From: the human T2T-CHM13v2.0 reference genome, Homo sapiens
Reading direction: 5' to 3' (one strand)
Assembly (NCBI RefSeq): GCF_009914755.1
Contig: NC_060925.1
DNA: 64,000 nt
A model generated the notes under the pieces. The model searched no databases and had not been told where the DNA came from. It saw only the letters and a program-made list of their open reading frames with translations. Made by a program: the position numbers and the translations under genes. Positions 1 to 17,159 of the stretch are shown here, piece by piece. Numbering within the stretch: the stretch's first letter is position 1; the number at the start of each line of letters is the position of its first letter.

Positions 1-659
1 CCAGAGAGCTCCTGGTGCTGTAGAGTTCTCTGACAGGACAGTCTGATTCTCATCATGTGTATTAATTAGTAATTTGTGGTTAAAGACATCATCTTGGAGG
101 TCCCTGTTTTGTTTGACATCCTGGAATACTTCTACACTGCGCTACTGCAAGAAAAATGATTTTAACATATTTTAGATTTTCTGTAATTTAAAAGAAGATT
201 ATTTATACTCCAAAGATAAAATCAGTAGCAATTACAAGAGAAGTTCAAAAGTAACTTTTTTATAAATGTCAAGTCAAGGCGGGAAAGCAATTATATAAAG
301 TGATTCAATATCATATTGGACTCACTCAAGATTAAGAAATAGTGGCATTTTTCTTGTTTTGACCATGAAGCAAAATAGTTAAGGGTAAAGGAACATTATG
401 TAATTTATTATAAAATAAATATAATATAGCCCATATGCACTAAAAAAATCCAGTGGCAATCTCCTAATACTGAAATGACTCATTTACAAGCCAAATGTAA
501 AATGGGCATCAAAGACATATGGTAAGAAGCATTCAAAGACAATCTTGGACTATCATATGCATGTCTGTAAAATAGTCCACAATTAAATTTACTAATTCTG
601 GGGAAGAGTAAGCTCTCTTTGGACTATCTCAGCTTTGATTTACTTCTTAAAAAGGACAC

Positions 660-842
660 TCTTTTTTCTGCCCTTATTGAGGTATAATTAACAAATAAAA
701 GTTATACGTATGAGGCACAAGGTGATGTGACATATGTATACATTGTGAAATGATTACCATAATCAGGCTAATTAACATATCTATCCACCTCATATGGCTA
801 CCTTTTTGTGTGTGTTGTGAGAACATTTAAGATCTACTCTGA
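660..842 (-). mobile_element. Old L1M-type 3' end fragment
   Basis: tttattgaggtataattaacaaataaaa...gtgagaacatttaagatctactct resembles a reverse L1MA/MB 3' terminus. Confidence 0.65.
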
Positions 843-1463
843 CACTCTTCTTAATCTAACTTGAATTCTTGGTTGAAGGGGGACTTTGGTGACCTTTATG
901 CTATTCTCCTCAAAACCTTAAAAAGTGGTTTAGTTGGCATCATTTCACAGATCTCAAAACACTCCTTTGTGCTGAGATTGTATCTAGAATGTATTGATCA
1001 TGGCATTTTCCATAGAGAATCCTTTTGCTACATTCATTTCAGGCCTTTTCTTGAACTGTCCTTGTGCCTAGGGTTCCAGCAAGCTGGTTCTCTTGCTCTG
1101 ACTCTAATACGCCCATGATGCTTTTCACTCTTTCCTTGTAACCACAATTGTGTTAGCAAATGAGCCTCAAGGAGCTGAAAAACTGATCTTCAGCTGATGG
1201 GTCTTTTTGACAAGTTTAGAGGGTTTGTCTAAAGTAGGAATTCTTTATACATTCAACATTAGATAAAGTATAAACATGATTACATTTTATAAATAGCTGT
1301 TTTGAATCAGCAAAACTAAAAAATTTTGATTTAGCCCTTTGGGGCCCATTTATTCTCTAGGGCAAACAAATGATGTCTATGGTCCTCTTCTTTGAGGGGC
1401 CAATTAGATTAGGACATAGCAAAGCTTACTCAATGTCTACTTTTTTTTTTTTTTTTTTTACAG

Positions 1464-1516
1464 TCACAATATTCTTCTCTATGAGGATGGGCATGCTGTG
1501 GTGGCAGATTTTGGAG
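1464..1516 (+). CDS. TNNI3K: TNNI3K coding exon (probably exon 18): (S)HNILLYEDGHAVVADFG(E), catalytic-loop end and DFG
   Basis: Poly-T tract + tacag acceptor at 1463; G|gtgaga donor at 1517; 53 nt; translation matches recalled TNNI3K kinase subdomains VIb-VII; phase joins the next exon (G+AA=Glu). Confidence 0.96.
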
Positions 1517-1600
1517 GTGAGATACCCCAAAATGGCATCCTTTTTTTCTTTGTTCCTAGCTGGTACAATATGGTGCCTGATATTGTACCATGAAACTGAA

Positions 1601-1648
1601 CACTGAACACTGACAGCTATACTACACTGAACACTGACAGCTATCCTA
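1601..1648. repeat. 24-bp tandem duplication cactgaacactgacagctat(a/c)cta x2
   Basis: Read directly; one mismatch. Confidence 0.9.
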
Positions 1649-1857
1649 CCATAAATCATTCAAATTTCAATGACCCTACATTTTGAAACTCTGTCATTTA
1701 TTTCTAGTTTTTCTTCTTTCTTATCTCCAGCCAAGAGAAGGGAAGTGAGAATTTGAATAAGACAGAAGTCTCTTGAGGTTTCAAAATTTTAACTGTGATC
1801 TTTTACCTTGGTTTTAAGATATTTCCTTTGACGTGATTTATTTTCTCTTTCCCTCAG

Positions 1858-1910
1858 AATCAAGATTTCTACAGTCTCTGGATGAAGACAACATGACAAA
1901 ACAACCTGGG
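1858..1910 (+). CDS. TNNI3K: TNNI3K coding exon (probably exon 19): ESRFLQSLDEDNMTKQPG, activation loop
   Basis: ttttctctttccctcag acceptor; GGG|gtttgc donor at 1911; 53 nt; frame continuous with both neighbours. Confidence 0.95.
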
Positions 1911-3371
1911 GTTTGCTGCTGCTTGTGTTTCCTATAATTATAAACCAATTAAAATATGTAAACTCAGCATGAGAGGACGTAAGATGAGAGCAGTTTTAAT
2001 TGGAAGAAATGTCATTGTCTCAGTGTTGGGATAATGGCTTATGTCTTTATTTTTAGTAAGCTGTCAAAATAACTATCTCAAGGCTCTACTAGAGAAATAG
2101 ATAAGATATATATTTGGAAAACAGTATGGATAAAATAATACAGAATATGTTTCAAATATAACTGAAAAGAACGTTGTGGGCATGGATCTTTTCATATTTA
2201 GATCACCTAACTACTTATAGTAAAGTAAACATTTAATAGGGAACTCACAATAAAATTAGTAGTTCATCAGCATCTATTAACTATTCATCATTCTCCACTT
2301 TAACATTGTAATGTAATAAGTGGTATATCCAAGTATTAATGTTTAAGTAAAATATAAATTATAATAACTGAAGCAAGGATAATTGTACTCAAAATGTCTG
2401 CAATTAAATTCATTACCTGCCCTCTCCTTCACTCTCCCCAATCCCTCCCCCTGAAAAAAAGTAGACTTCTCTTTCTGGACTACTTGTGATAACTAATTAC
2501 CTAAGGCTGGAGTAATTTTTCATTCTTTCCCTTTCCTGCTTCTACTTACACTCAGTCACCTTTTCTGGATGTCTCTTTCTTTTCTTTAAGTTCATCTTAA
2601 CCTCTTAAACCTCTCACTTCCTGCTGCTTCAGTTCAGATTCTCGTCACTTCTTTTCTGGACTAGTGTCATAATAGGCTTCTAACTCCAGTCCTCTCTTCT
2701 TGTTCATTTTTTGCATCATCAACTAAGTTCTCATTCCTATGGAGCTAATATTCTACTGGAAGGGGATAAATACTGGACAAATTAACAAAATATATCTCAG
2801 GCAGTGATGAGTGTTATGAAGAAAAATAAAAGCAGAGTAAATGAATGGAGAGTGATGAGGTTGACATTTAGATAGGATGAAGGAAAACGTTAACATTTAA
2901 TAAGAGGCCTGACATGGGAGTAATCTACATGGGGGGAGAGCTATGCAGGTGGGGGCAATAGTAGGTGCAGAGGTCCTGGGGCAGGAGAGTTCTTGGTGTG
3001 TTCAAACTAACATGGCTGGAGTGAGGTGAGCAAGGAGGAAAGTGGCAGTTTATGAGGTAAGGGAGGTGGGAACAATAAGTGATCTTTTGGCAGGACACAA
3101 AGCTCATCCCAGACATGGGACATAGAGGCAACTAAATTAGTGGTCCTCAAGCCTAGCTGCACATTAAAATAAGTTTAGAAACTTTTTTTAAGCATAGTGC
3201 CCGAATCTGATCCCCAGAAATTATGATTTTATTGGCCTAAGACTGATCTTGAGTTCCTGCATCTTTTAAAAATTCCCCCACATAATTCTAAAAAGCAATT
3301 AGTTGAGACTCTCCAACTAAATAAGCTTTTGTTGAATGTAATTAAATTGAATTTAACCAACAGCAAATAAT

Positions 3372-3493
3372 ATTAACTCTCTTATTCTAGCCGCATAGTC
3401 TTTAAGCACAGCACTAATAAATAAATAAATTAGTGCTAATAAATAAATTAGTGCTGTGCTTAAAGACTATGCTGCTAGAATAAGAGAGTTAAT
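3372..3493. repeat. Near-perfect inverted repeat (47-bp arms, 28-nt spacer)
   Basis: 3372-3418 is the reverse complement of 3447-3493 with one mismatch. Confidence 0.95.
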
Positions 3494-4705
3494 TTGAAAT
3501 TTATTTTGAAAGCTGTTTTGTTTCTCATTAGTTATGTGGCTTTATGTATGTTATCTAATCAGTCTATGACCCCTCTGTGCAAAAACGGGCATACTGTGTA
3601 CCTGCTCCCACATATACAATGTTGTGACACAATGCATAATCTGCTATAAAAATGTAGACTCTTTGGAATGTGGAAGCTCATGCAGAAGAATTGCATATGA
3701 GCACCATAATAAGAATAAAGATATTATTGGAAAGCTGTAACTATGCATGGTTTCAAAATAAGGTGGACATTTCAAAAGAATTAGCAACCAACACTACACA
3801 CAAGATTTTGGTAAGAGTGATAAAAGAATAATGGTTTCCTTCAATGGACATTTAAAAGTGTGTAGCAAAGTTTATTAATAAAATAAAGTGCAATGAGGAT
3901 TTAGAACTGGGAGGGTGTGGCTCCTCTGTTTTGTCCTTGAGGAATCTGAGGTCCAGGAAACATGACATACTGAACAGCTACCCAGAGCTGTTCAGTAAGT
4001 GGTAGAGCCAGAACTAGAATTTTCATCTCCTAACTCTAAATCCAGTGTTCTGCGCCCTAAACTAGAAATCAACCAAATTTATGCATTTGCATCCCAGAAT
4101 GGAAACTAATTTTTTTAACTGAAAAATGTGAAATTACAAATGAAAAGAATGTAAATAATGTCATCGAAACAGAGGCTAGAACTTTGTATGGAGGGACTTG
4201 TAATATTTTATGGGCTTCCTTTCTGGAATATTGCACAAACAGCATTCATAAATAGCACATCTGGGCAGAGAAAGTAAGACAGACCTGATCCAGCCAGTGA
4301 TAAATCTACTTCATAGGAATATTCTAGGAACTCCTCGGGAGCCATTTCTCTCCTCAGCCATGAGCACACTATTTATGGGCCTAATTTAGTAACTTCCTAA
4401 ATTACAACCTGAAGACTTGAAGGAGGTGCCTCCCACAGTGTGTGATTCACTCCCAGGGAGACATAGGGTCCCTGGATGAATCCATGGTTGGCTATTCTGA
4501 ACCTTGTAAGGCTTCTAAGGGAGGAAGATGTTTATAGATTTAAAAAAATAATGCTGCTTCTCATTGTATAAGAGGCAGACTTACTTGATGATTAATTACT
4601 TGTGTGATGTTTTAGGAAGAATTATGAACTTTATGATCTTCCAATGATTAAAAAATGCCCTTTGAGGAACTGAACAGCCACAGTAAACACACTGTGTATG
4701 TATAA

Positions 4706-5023
<318 letters not shown>

Positions 5024-6454
5024 TGAAGTTTTCCTGTTTTACAGAGTTCACTGGATTTTTATAACTTCAAGAAAATTTTTTTTCACAAAATGATTAGTCT
5101 CAGTGAGATGGCAAAAGAGGAGGTAAGCAAACAATCTTAAATTGTTTTAAGGTGTGTGCCCAACCCAGAAAATTTAATGACTTACCTGTGATTTCAGACC
5201 GAGACACACAGAAATGCAGGTATATTTTATTAAAGTTTGGGACTTGATTTATTGATTGTTAATAAAACAAGCAAATAACTATGATCATGTGGCATGTGAG
5301 AGCAAATAAGGTGGACAATGTGATATTTATTTTTTGAGGTGAGATTTTAGAATTGCCCTTTTAACATGTATATAGGGATAAGAAAGTAGTAACACAGAAA
5401 TAACCTGTTAAGGCTGCTCTCTGCTTATCTCACATCATAAAAAAGAAGATGGGTTTTCCTAACGTTTTTGTATTATATGCATATATATATATATGGATAC
5501 ATTCTAAAAATGGGGCATGCAGTGAGTCTGGCTTTCATTGATGATACACATTATGCTTTGCTCATGTGTAGAAAGTGAAGGTGAGGAATCTAATCACAGG
5601 TAAAATATACACATATTTTAGGTTTAAAGTAAACTTCATTTGCATCTATCTCTCAATTGCATTTGGATTGCTTTCATATCTTGTCACACTAGACAAATCT
5701 CCTTAAGGACTTTGCATCCCTAAAACTTAGCACACTTGTAAAGTAGTTGTCAAATGTAATCATAAGTAATTTTAAATAATTATATTGTAATCTCCTAATG
5801 GCCACCCTACAACAATATATAAGAAGGATAAAGTCAAAAGAGATGTTACTTAAACATCCCTTTTAACAAGTTAAAAGTCTTGACCAAGATCAAAATATTT
5901 ATGAGTACTCATGTACAGAGAGGTAGCCACATCTCATCTCATACTCTATTTTGGAGTTTTTTTTCCCCAACCTACCATATGGTCTTTTAATTACACCCTG
6001 CATAGCAGAGTGCTTTTCACAGGTTATGTGCTCTGTGCATAGTTTGTTAAGCGTAATGATGATGTAATTGTCCTAATTTTTCTCTACATATTTTCTATAG
6101 TTTTAAATTAGACTTAGCCCTTATTATAGTGTGGATGTGTGGACTCTATTTTGAGCTGTACCAACATTGCCATTTGTAAGGTCTTGTTCTGATCTCTTTC
6201 CTTCTCTCCACTTCTTAGAGTGTGCATCCTGATAAGATTGATGGATATACAGAAAATTGATTATAATTTTAGATGTACTATGGTGTTTTTTCGTAAGAAA
6301 GAAATACAACTCCTTTTGCTTCATCCCCTGTGTCAATCCATTAACCTGGCCCTGTTTATTTTACCTTCTAATACATGGGTTTCTCTACCACTTACCATCA
6401 TCCACCACCATCGTAGCCCAAGCCATCTTTCCTTTAAACCACTGCAATAGTCTT

Positions 6455-8137
6455 TTTAAAAATAGGGTTTATTTAGGCATAATATACCTGCAGTAAAATT
6501 TACCTTTCTAGGTTAACACTTCAATGAGTTTTAATAAATATATACAGCTGTATAACCACAATGGCAATCAAGATGTATAACATTTCCATCACTCCAAAAA
6601 GTTCCCAGTGCCTGTCTGGGATCAATCCACTTCTCACACCTCCAGCCCTTGGCAACCAATGACCTCATTTCTGTCCGGATAAGCTTACTTATATACCAAT
6701 GCCATATAAATGGAATCATGTTGCTTCATTTATCAGTAATTTATTCTTTTTCACTACTTTGTAATATTTCATATTATAGATGTGCCATGATTTATTTATG
6801 CATACAGAAGTTCATGACCATTTGAGTTCTTCTCATTTTAGGGCTATTAAGAATAAATCTGCTCAAATAATTGAGGCTTTTGTGTGGTTGTTTTTGTTTC
6901 CATTGAATAAATGAGTAACAGATGGATTGCTACATGTTATAATAAGAGTTTTTCCAAGGTGTCTGTACCATTATGAATTTCCAACAGTAGTCGGTGAGAA
7001 TTTCAGTTGTTTCACATCCTTGCCAGCACTTTGAGTTGTTTATTTTTAAATATATATGTATATATTAGGCATTTGAGTGGGGGTACATGGAACATCATTG
7101 TGATATTTACATTTCACTGATGACTAGAAATATTGACACTTTATGTGCTTGTTTGATATCCATATTTCTTCTGTGAAATGTTTGTTTAAATAGTCTCATC
7201 ATTTAGTTGTAAGAGTTCTTAGATTATAGGGATTATAGGGAGAAGTACTTTATCTGCTACATGTTTTGCAAGGATTTTCCTGTAATCTGTGGCTTGCCTT
7301 TTTGTATTCTCAGCAATGTCTTTCAAAGAGCAGATGTTTTTAATGTCAATGAAATCCATCTTATGAAAATTTTAAATCAATTTGTATCCTATCTAAAAAT
7401 ATTTTTGCCTTACTCAAAGCCATAAAAACTTCCCCCTATTTTTTTTATAGAAGTCTTACAGGTTTAGGTTTTATATTTATAAGATCTATTTTGAGTTCTT
7501 ATTTTTTTAAAGTACCCAGTTTGGGTTGAATTTGGTATTCTTTGGTTTATTCCTTTGTTTTTTTTAATACAGATGTCCAATTCTTTTCTCATAATTTTTC
7601 AAAACTACTATCCTTTCTTATTAAATTATTTTGGTACATTTTTCAAAAATCAGTTGACCATATATGTATGCACTTATTTCCAACTCTATTCTGTTTCACT
7701 GATCATGTGTCTACCCTTAAATCAATACCACACTATCTTACTATATTATAGTGAGTCGTGAAATTAAGTAATGTGAATCCTCCAACTTTGTTCTTCTTTG
7801 TTAAAAAGGCTCTGGCCATCTAGATTTTTTTTGCTTTTCCATATAAATTTTAGAATCAGCTTGTCTATATTCCTATAAAAAGCTTGTTGGAATTTGATTC
7901 GATTGTATTGAATTATTAGATCAATTTGGGAAGAATGAACATCTTAACCGTGTTAGTCTTCTGCTCAATAAACATGGTTTATCTCTATCTTCACTTAGGT
8001 CTTCTTAAATTTCATACATTACATAATTTGTTATATATTTTAGCATACAAACCTTGCATATTTTTATTATACTTATCTCTATCTATTTTGTGTCTCTTGA
8101 TATATTGTAAATGTTACTCTTAAAAATATCAATGTCC
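6455..8137 (-). mobile_element. Ancient L1M fragment, left part (resumes ~16797-17212)
   Basis: Degenerate reverse L1 3'UTR/ORF2 phrases (cctccaactttgttcttc, aattttagaatcagcttgtc); continuation attatgtcatctg...acctccagtacaatgttgaat after the younger L1 block. Confidence 0.75.
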
Positions 8138-8138
8138 T

Positions 8139-10589
8139 AATTGGAAGTAAAACACTCCTAAGCCAATGCAAAACAACTGAAATCATAACAAACAGTCTCT
8201 ATGGCCACGGCACAATCAAATTAGAATTTAAGATTAAGAAACTCATTAAAAATCACACGACTACATGAAAATTCAAAACCTGCTTCTGAATGAATCCTGA
8301 GTAAAAAAATGAAATTAAGGCAGAGATCAAGAAGTTATTTGAAACCAGTGAGAACAAAGAGACAACATACCAGAATCTCTGAGATGCAGCTAAAGCAGCG
8401 TTGAGATAAATTTATAGCACTAAATGCCCACCTCAAAAAGCTAGAAAGATCTCAAATTGACATCCTAACAATTACAACAAAAACAACTGGAGAACCAAGA
8501 GAAAACAACCACCAAAGCTAGCAGAAGAAAAGAAATAACCTACATCAGAGTGAACTGAAGGATATAGAGACACAAAAAACCTTTCAGAAAATCAATGAAT
8601 CCAGGAGGTGGTTTTTTGAAAAAATTAATAAAATAGATACACCGCTAGCTAGACCAATAAAGAAGAAAAGAGAATAATCAAATAGGCATAATAAAAAATG
8701 ATAAAGAGGATATAATTGTGACTCCACAGAAATACAAACAACCACCAGAGAATACTATAAACACCTCTATGCAAATAAACTAGACAATCTAGAAGAAATG
8801 GATAAATACCTGGATATGTACACCCCCGCAAGACTGAACCAGGAAGAAGTTGCTTGCATGAATAGACCAATAATAAGTTCTGAAATTGAGGCAATAATAA
8901 ATAGCCTATCAACAAAAAAAAGCCCAGGACCAGACGGATTTACAACTGAATTCTACCTGAGGTACAAAGAGGAGCTGGTACCATTTTTTCTGAAACTATT
9001 CCAAACAATTGAAAAGGAAGGACTCCTCCCTAACTCATATTATGAGACCAGCATCATCCTGACACCAAAACCTGGCAGAGATACAACAAAAAAAGAAAAC
9101 TTCAGACCAATATCCCTCATGAATATTGATGCAAAAATTCTCAATAAAATACTGGCAAACCAAATCCAGCGGCACATCAAAAAGCTTAGCTACCACAATC
9201 AAGTGGGCTTCATCCCCACGATGTAAGGCTGGTTCAGCATATGCAAATCAATAAACGTAATTCATCACATAAACAGAACTAAAGACAGAAACCTCATGAT
9301 TATCTCAATAGATTCAGAAAAGGTCTTTGATACAATTCAACATCCCTTCATGTTAAAAACTCTCAATAAACTAGGTATTGATGGAACATAGATCAAAATA
9401 ATAAGAGCCATTTATGACATACCCACAGCGAATATCATACTGAATGGGCAAAAGCTGGAAGCATTCCCCTTGAAAACTGGCACAAGACAAGGATGCCTTC
9501 TCTCATTACTCCATTCAACATCGTGTTGGAAGTTCTGGCCAGAACAATCAGGACAAGTGAAAGAAGCTAAGCATATTCAAATAGGAAGAGAGAAAGTCAC
9601 ACTGTCTCTGTTTGCAGATGACATGATTCTATGTCAAGAAGACCACATTGTCTCAGTCCAAAAACCTATTGTCTCAGTCCTTAAAAACCTATTAAGCTTT
9701 AAGCAATGTCAGTAAAGTCTCAGGATACAAATCAATGTGCAAAAATCACAAGCATTCCTATACACCAACAATAGACAAGAAGAGAGGCAAATTGTGAATG
9801 AACCTCTCACTCACAATTGCTACAAAGAGAAAAAAAAACCTAGGAATACAACTAACAAGAAAAGTGAAGGACCTCTTCAAGGAGAACTACAAACCACTGC
9901 TCAAAGAAATAAGAGAGGACACAAACAAATGGAAAAACATTCCATACTCATGGAGAGAAAGAATCAACATCATGAAAATGGCCAGACTGCCCAAAGTAAT
10001 TTATAGATCCAATGCTATTACCATTAAGTAACTATTGACGTTCTTCACAGAATTAGAAAAAAAATTTAAATTCATATGGAACCAAAAAAGAGCCCATATA
10101 GCCAAGACAATCCTAAGCAAAAAAAATAAAGCTGGAGGCATCATGGTACCCAACTTCAAACTGCACTACAAGACTACATAACCAAAACATCATGGTACTG
10201 GGAAAAAAAAAAAAGACACATAGACCAATGGAAGAGAACAAAGAACTCAGAAATAAGACCACACATTTACACATCTATAACCATCTGATCTTTGACAAAC
10301 CTAACAAAAACAAGCAATGGGGAACCCTATTTAATAAATTGTGCTGGGAGAACTGGCTAGCCATATGCAGAAAACTGAAGCTGGACCCCTTCCTTATATC
10401 TTATACAAAAATTAACTCCAGATGGATTAAAGACTTAAATGTAAAACCCAAAACCATAAAAACCCTAGAAGAAAATCTAGGCAAGACCATTCAGGACATA
10501 GGCATGGACAAAGATTTTATGACAAAAATGTCAGAAGCAATGTGGCAAAAGCAAAAATTGACAAACGTGATCTAAACTAAAGAACTTCT
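8139..10589 (+). mobile_element. 5'-truncated primate L1 (L1PA8-11-like), ORF2 part; interrupted and resumes at 15815
   Basis: ORF2 fragments 8798..9226, 9798..10031, 10192..10575 with stops and frameshifts; degenerate TSD atcaatgtcc at 8128-8137 and 16797-16806. Confidence 0.9.
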
Positions 10590-10876
10590 TTTTTTTTTTT
10601 CTTTCTTTTTTTTTATTATACTTTAAGTTTTAGGGTACATGTGCACATTGTGCAGGTTAGTTACATATGTATACATGTGCCGTGCTGGTGCGCTGCACCC
10701 ACTAACTCGTCATCTAGCATTAGGTATATCTCCCAATGCTATCCCTCCCCCCTCCCCCCACCCCACAACAGTCCCCAGAGTGTGATATTCCCCTTCCTGT
10801 GTCCATGTGATCTCATTGTTCAATTCCCACCTATGAGTGAGAATATGCGGTGTTTGGTTTTTTGTTCTTGCGATAG

Positions 10877-13663
<2,787 letters not shown>

Positions 13664-13778
13664 AAGAATGCTTGTGATTTTTGTACATTGATTTTGTATC
13701 CTGAGACTTTGCTGAAGTTGCTTATCAGCTTAAGGAGATTTTGGGCTGAGACAATGGGGTTTTCTAGATATACAATCA

Positions 13779-15798
<2,020 letters not shown>

Positions 15799-15814
15799 AA
15801 ACTAAAGAACTTCT

Positions 15815-16795
15815 GCACAGCAAAAGAAGCTATCGTCAGAGTGAGCAGACAATCTACCAAATAGAAAATGTTTATTATCTATCTATCTGAAAAAGGTCTA
15901 ATACCCACAATCTACAATGGACTTAAACAAATTTACATGAAAAAAAACCCATTAAAAAGTGGGCAAAGGACATGAACAGACATGTCTCAAAAGAAGACAT
16001 TTGTGCGGCCAACAAACATACAAAAAAACGCCCAACATCACTGATCATTAGAGAAACGCAAATCAAAACCACAATGAGACACCATTTCATGCCAGTCAGA
16101 ATGGCGATTATTAATAAGTCAACAAACAACAGATACTGGCAAGGCTGTGGAGAAATAGGAATGCTTTTACACTGATGGTGGGTATGTAAATTGGTTCAAC
16201 CATCATGGAAGACAATGTGGTGATTCCTCAAAGGCCTAGAACCAGACATATCATCTGACCCAGTAATCGCATTACTGGGTATATACCCAAAGGAATATAA
16301 ATCATTCTATTATAAAGATACAGGCATGCTTGTGTTCAGTGTGCAGCACTATTCACAATAGCAAAGAGATGGAATCAACCCAAATGCCCATCAATTATAG
16401 ATTGGATAAGGAAAATGTGGTACATATACACCATGGAATATTATGCTGCCATAAAAAGGAATGAGATCATGTCCTTTGCAGGGACATGGATGCTGGAAGC
16501 CATTATCCTCAGAAAACTAACACAGGAACAGAAAACCAAACACCACATGTTCTCACTTATAAGCGGGAGCTAAACAATGAGAACACATGGACACAGGGAG
16601 GGGAACAATGCATACTGGGGCCTGTTGGGGAAGGCAGGGGGAGGGAGAGCACCAGGAAAAATAGCTAATGCATACTGTGCTTAATACCTAGGTGACAGGT
16701 TGATAGGTGCAGCAAACCATCATGGTACATGTTTACTTATGTAACAAACCTGCACATCCTGCACATGTTTCCCGAGAACTTAATAAAATAAAATG
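15815..16795 (+). mobile_element. 3' part of the same L1PA8-11-like element (ORF2 end, 3'UTR, A-rich tail)
   Basis: Continues the L1 consensus exactly from the break (ttct|gcacagcaaaagaa); ends aacttaataaaataaaat. Confidence 0.9.
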
Positions 16796-16962
16796 AATCA
16801 ATGTCCAATTTTTTGCTACTATTAATATATAGAAATATAATAAATTTTATTGCAATCTAGTACCCCACAAACTTACTAAATTTACTTCTCCATCCTAGTT
16901 CCCTTTTTTATACCTTCTTTGGGATTTCTACATAAATAATTATGTCATCTGTTAATAAAGAA

Positions 16963-17077
16963 TTTTCTTCCTTCCTTCCTTTCTTTTCTTTCTTTCCTTC
17001 CTTCCTTCCTTTTCTTTTTCTTTCTTTCTTTCCTTTCTTTTTTCTTTTCTTTTCTTTTCTTTTCTTTTCTTTTCTTT

Positions 17078-17133
<56 letters not shown>

Positions 17134-17159
17134 TTCTTTTCTTTTCTTTTCTTTTCTTT
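16963..17159. repeat. Compound (TTCC)/(TTTTC)/(TTTC)n microsatellite
   Basis: Pure pyrimidine tract of ~200 nt. Confidence 0.95.

Noticed and set aside
1595-1650. Short direct repeats as a CRISPR-like array
   Set aside because: Eukaryotic intron; two adjacent copies with no spacers.
1464-1910. Two consecutive 53-nt exons as duplicated or mutually exclusive exons
   Set aside because: No sequence similarity, different phases, and both are needed for the frame.
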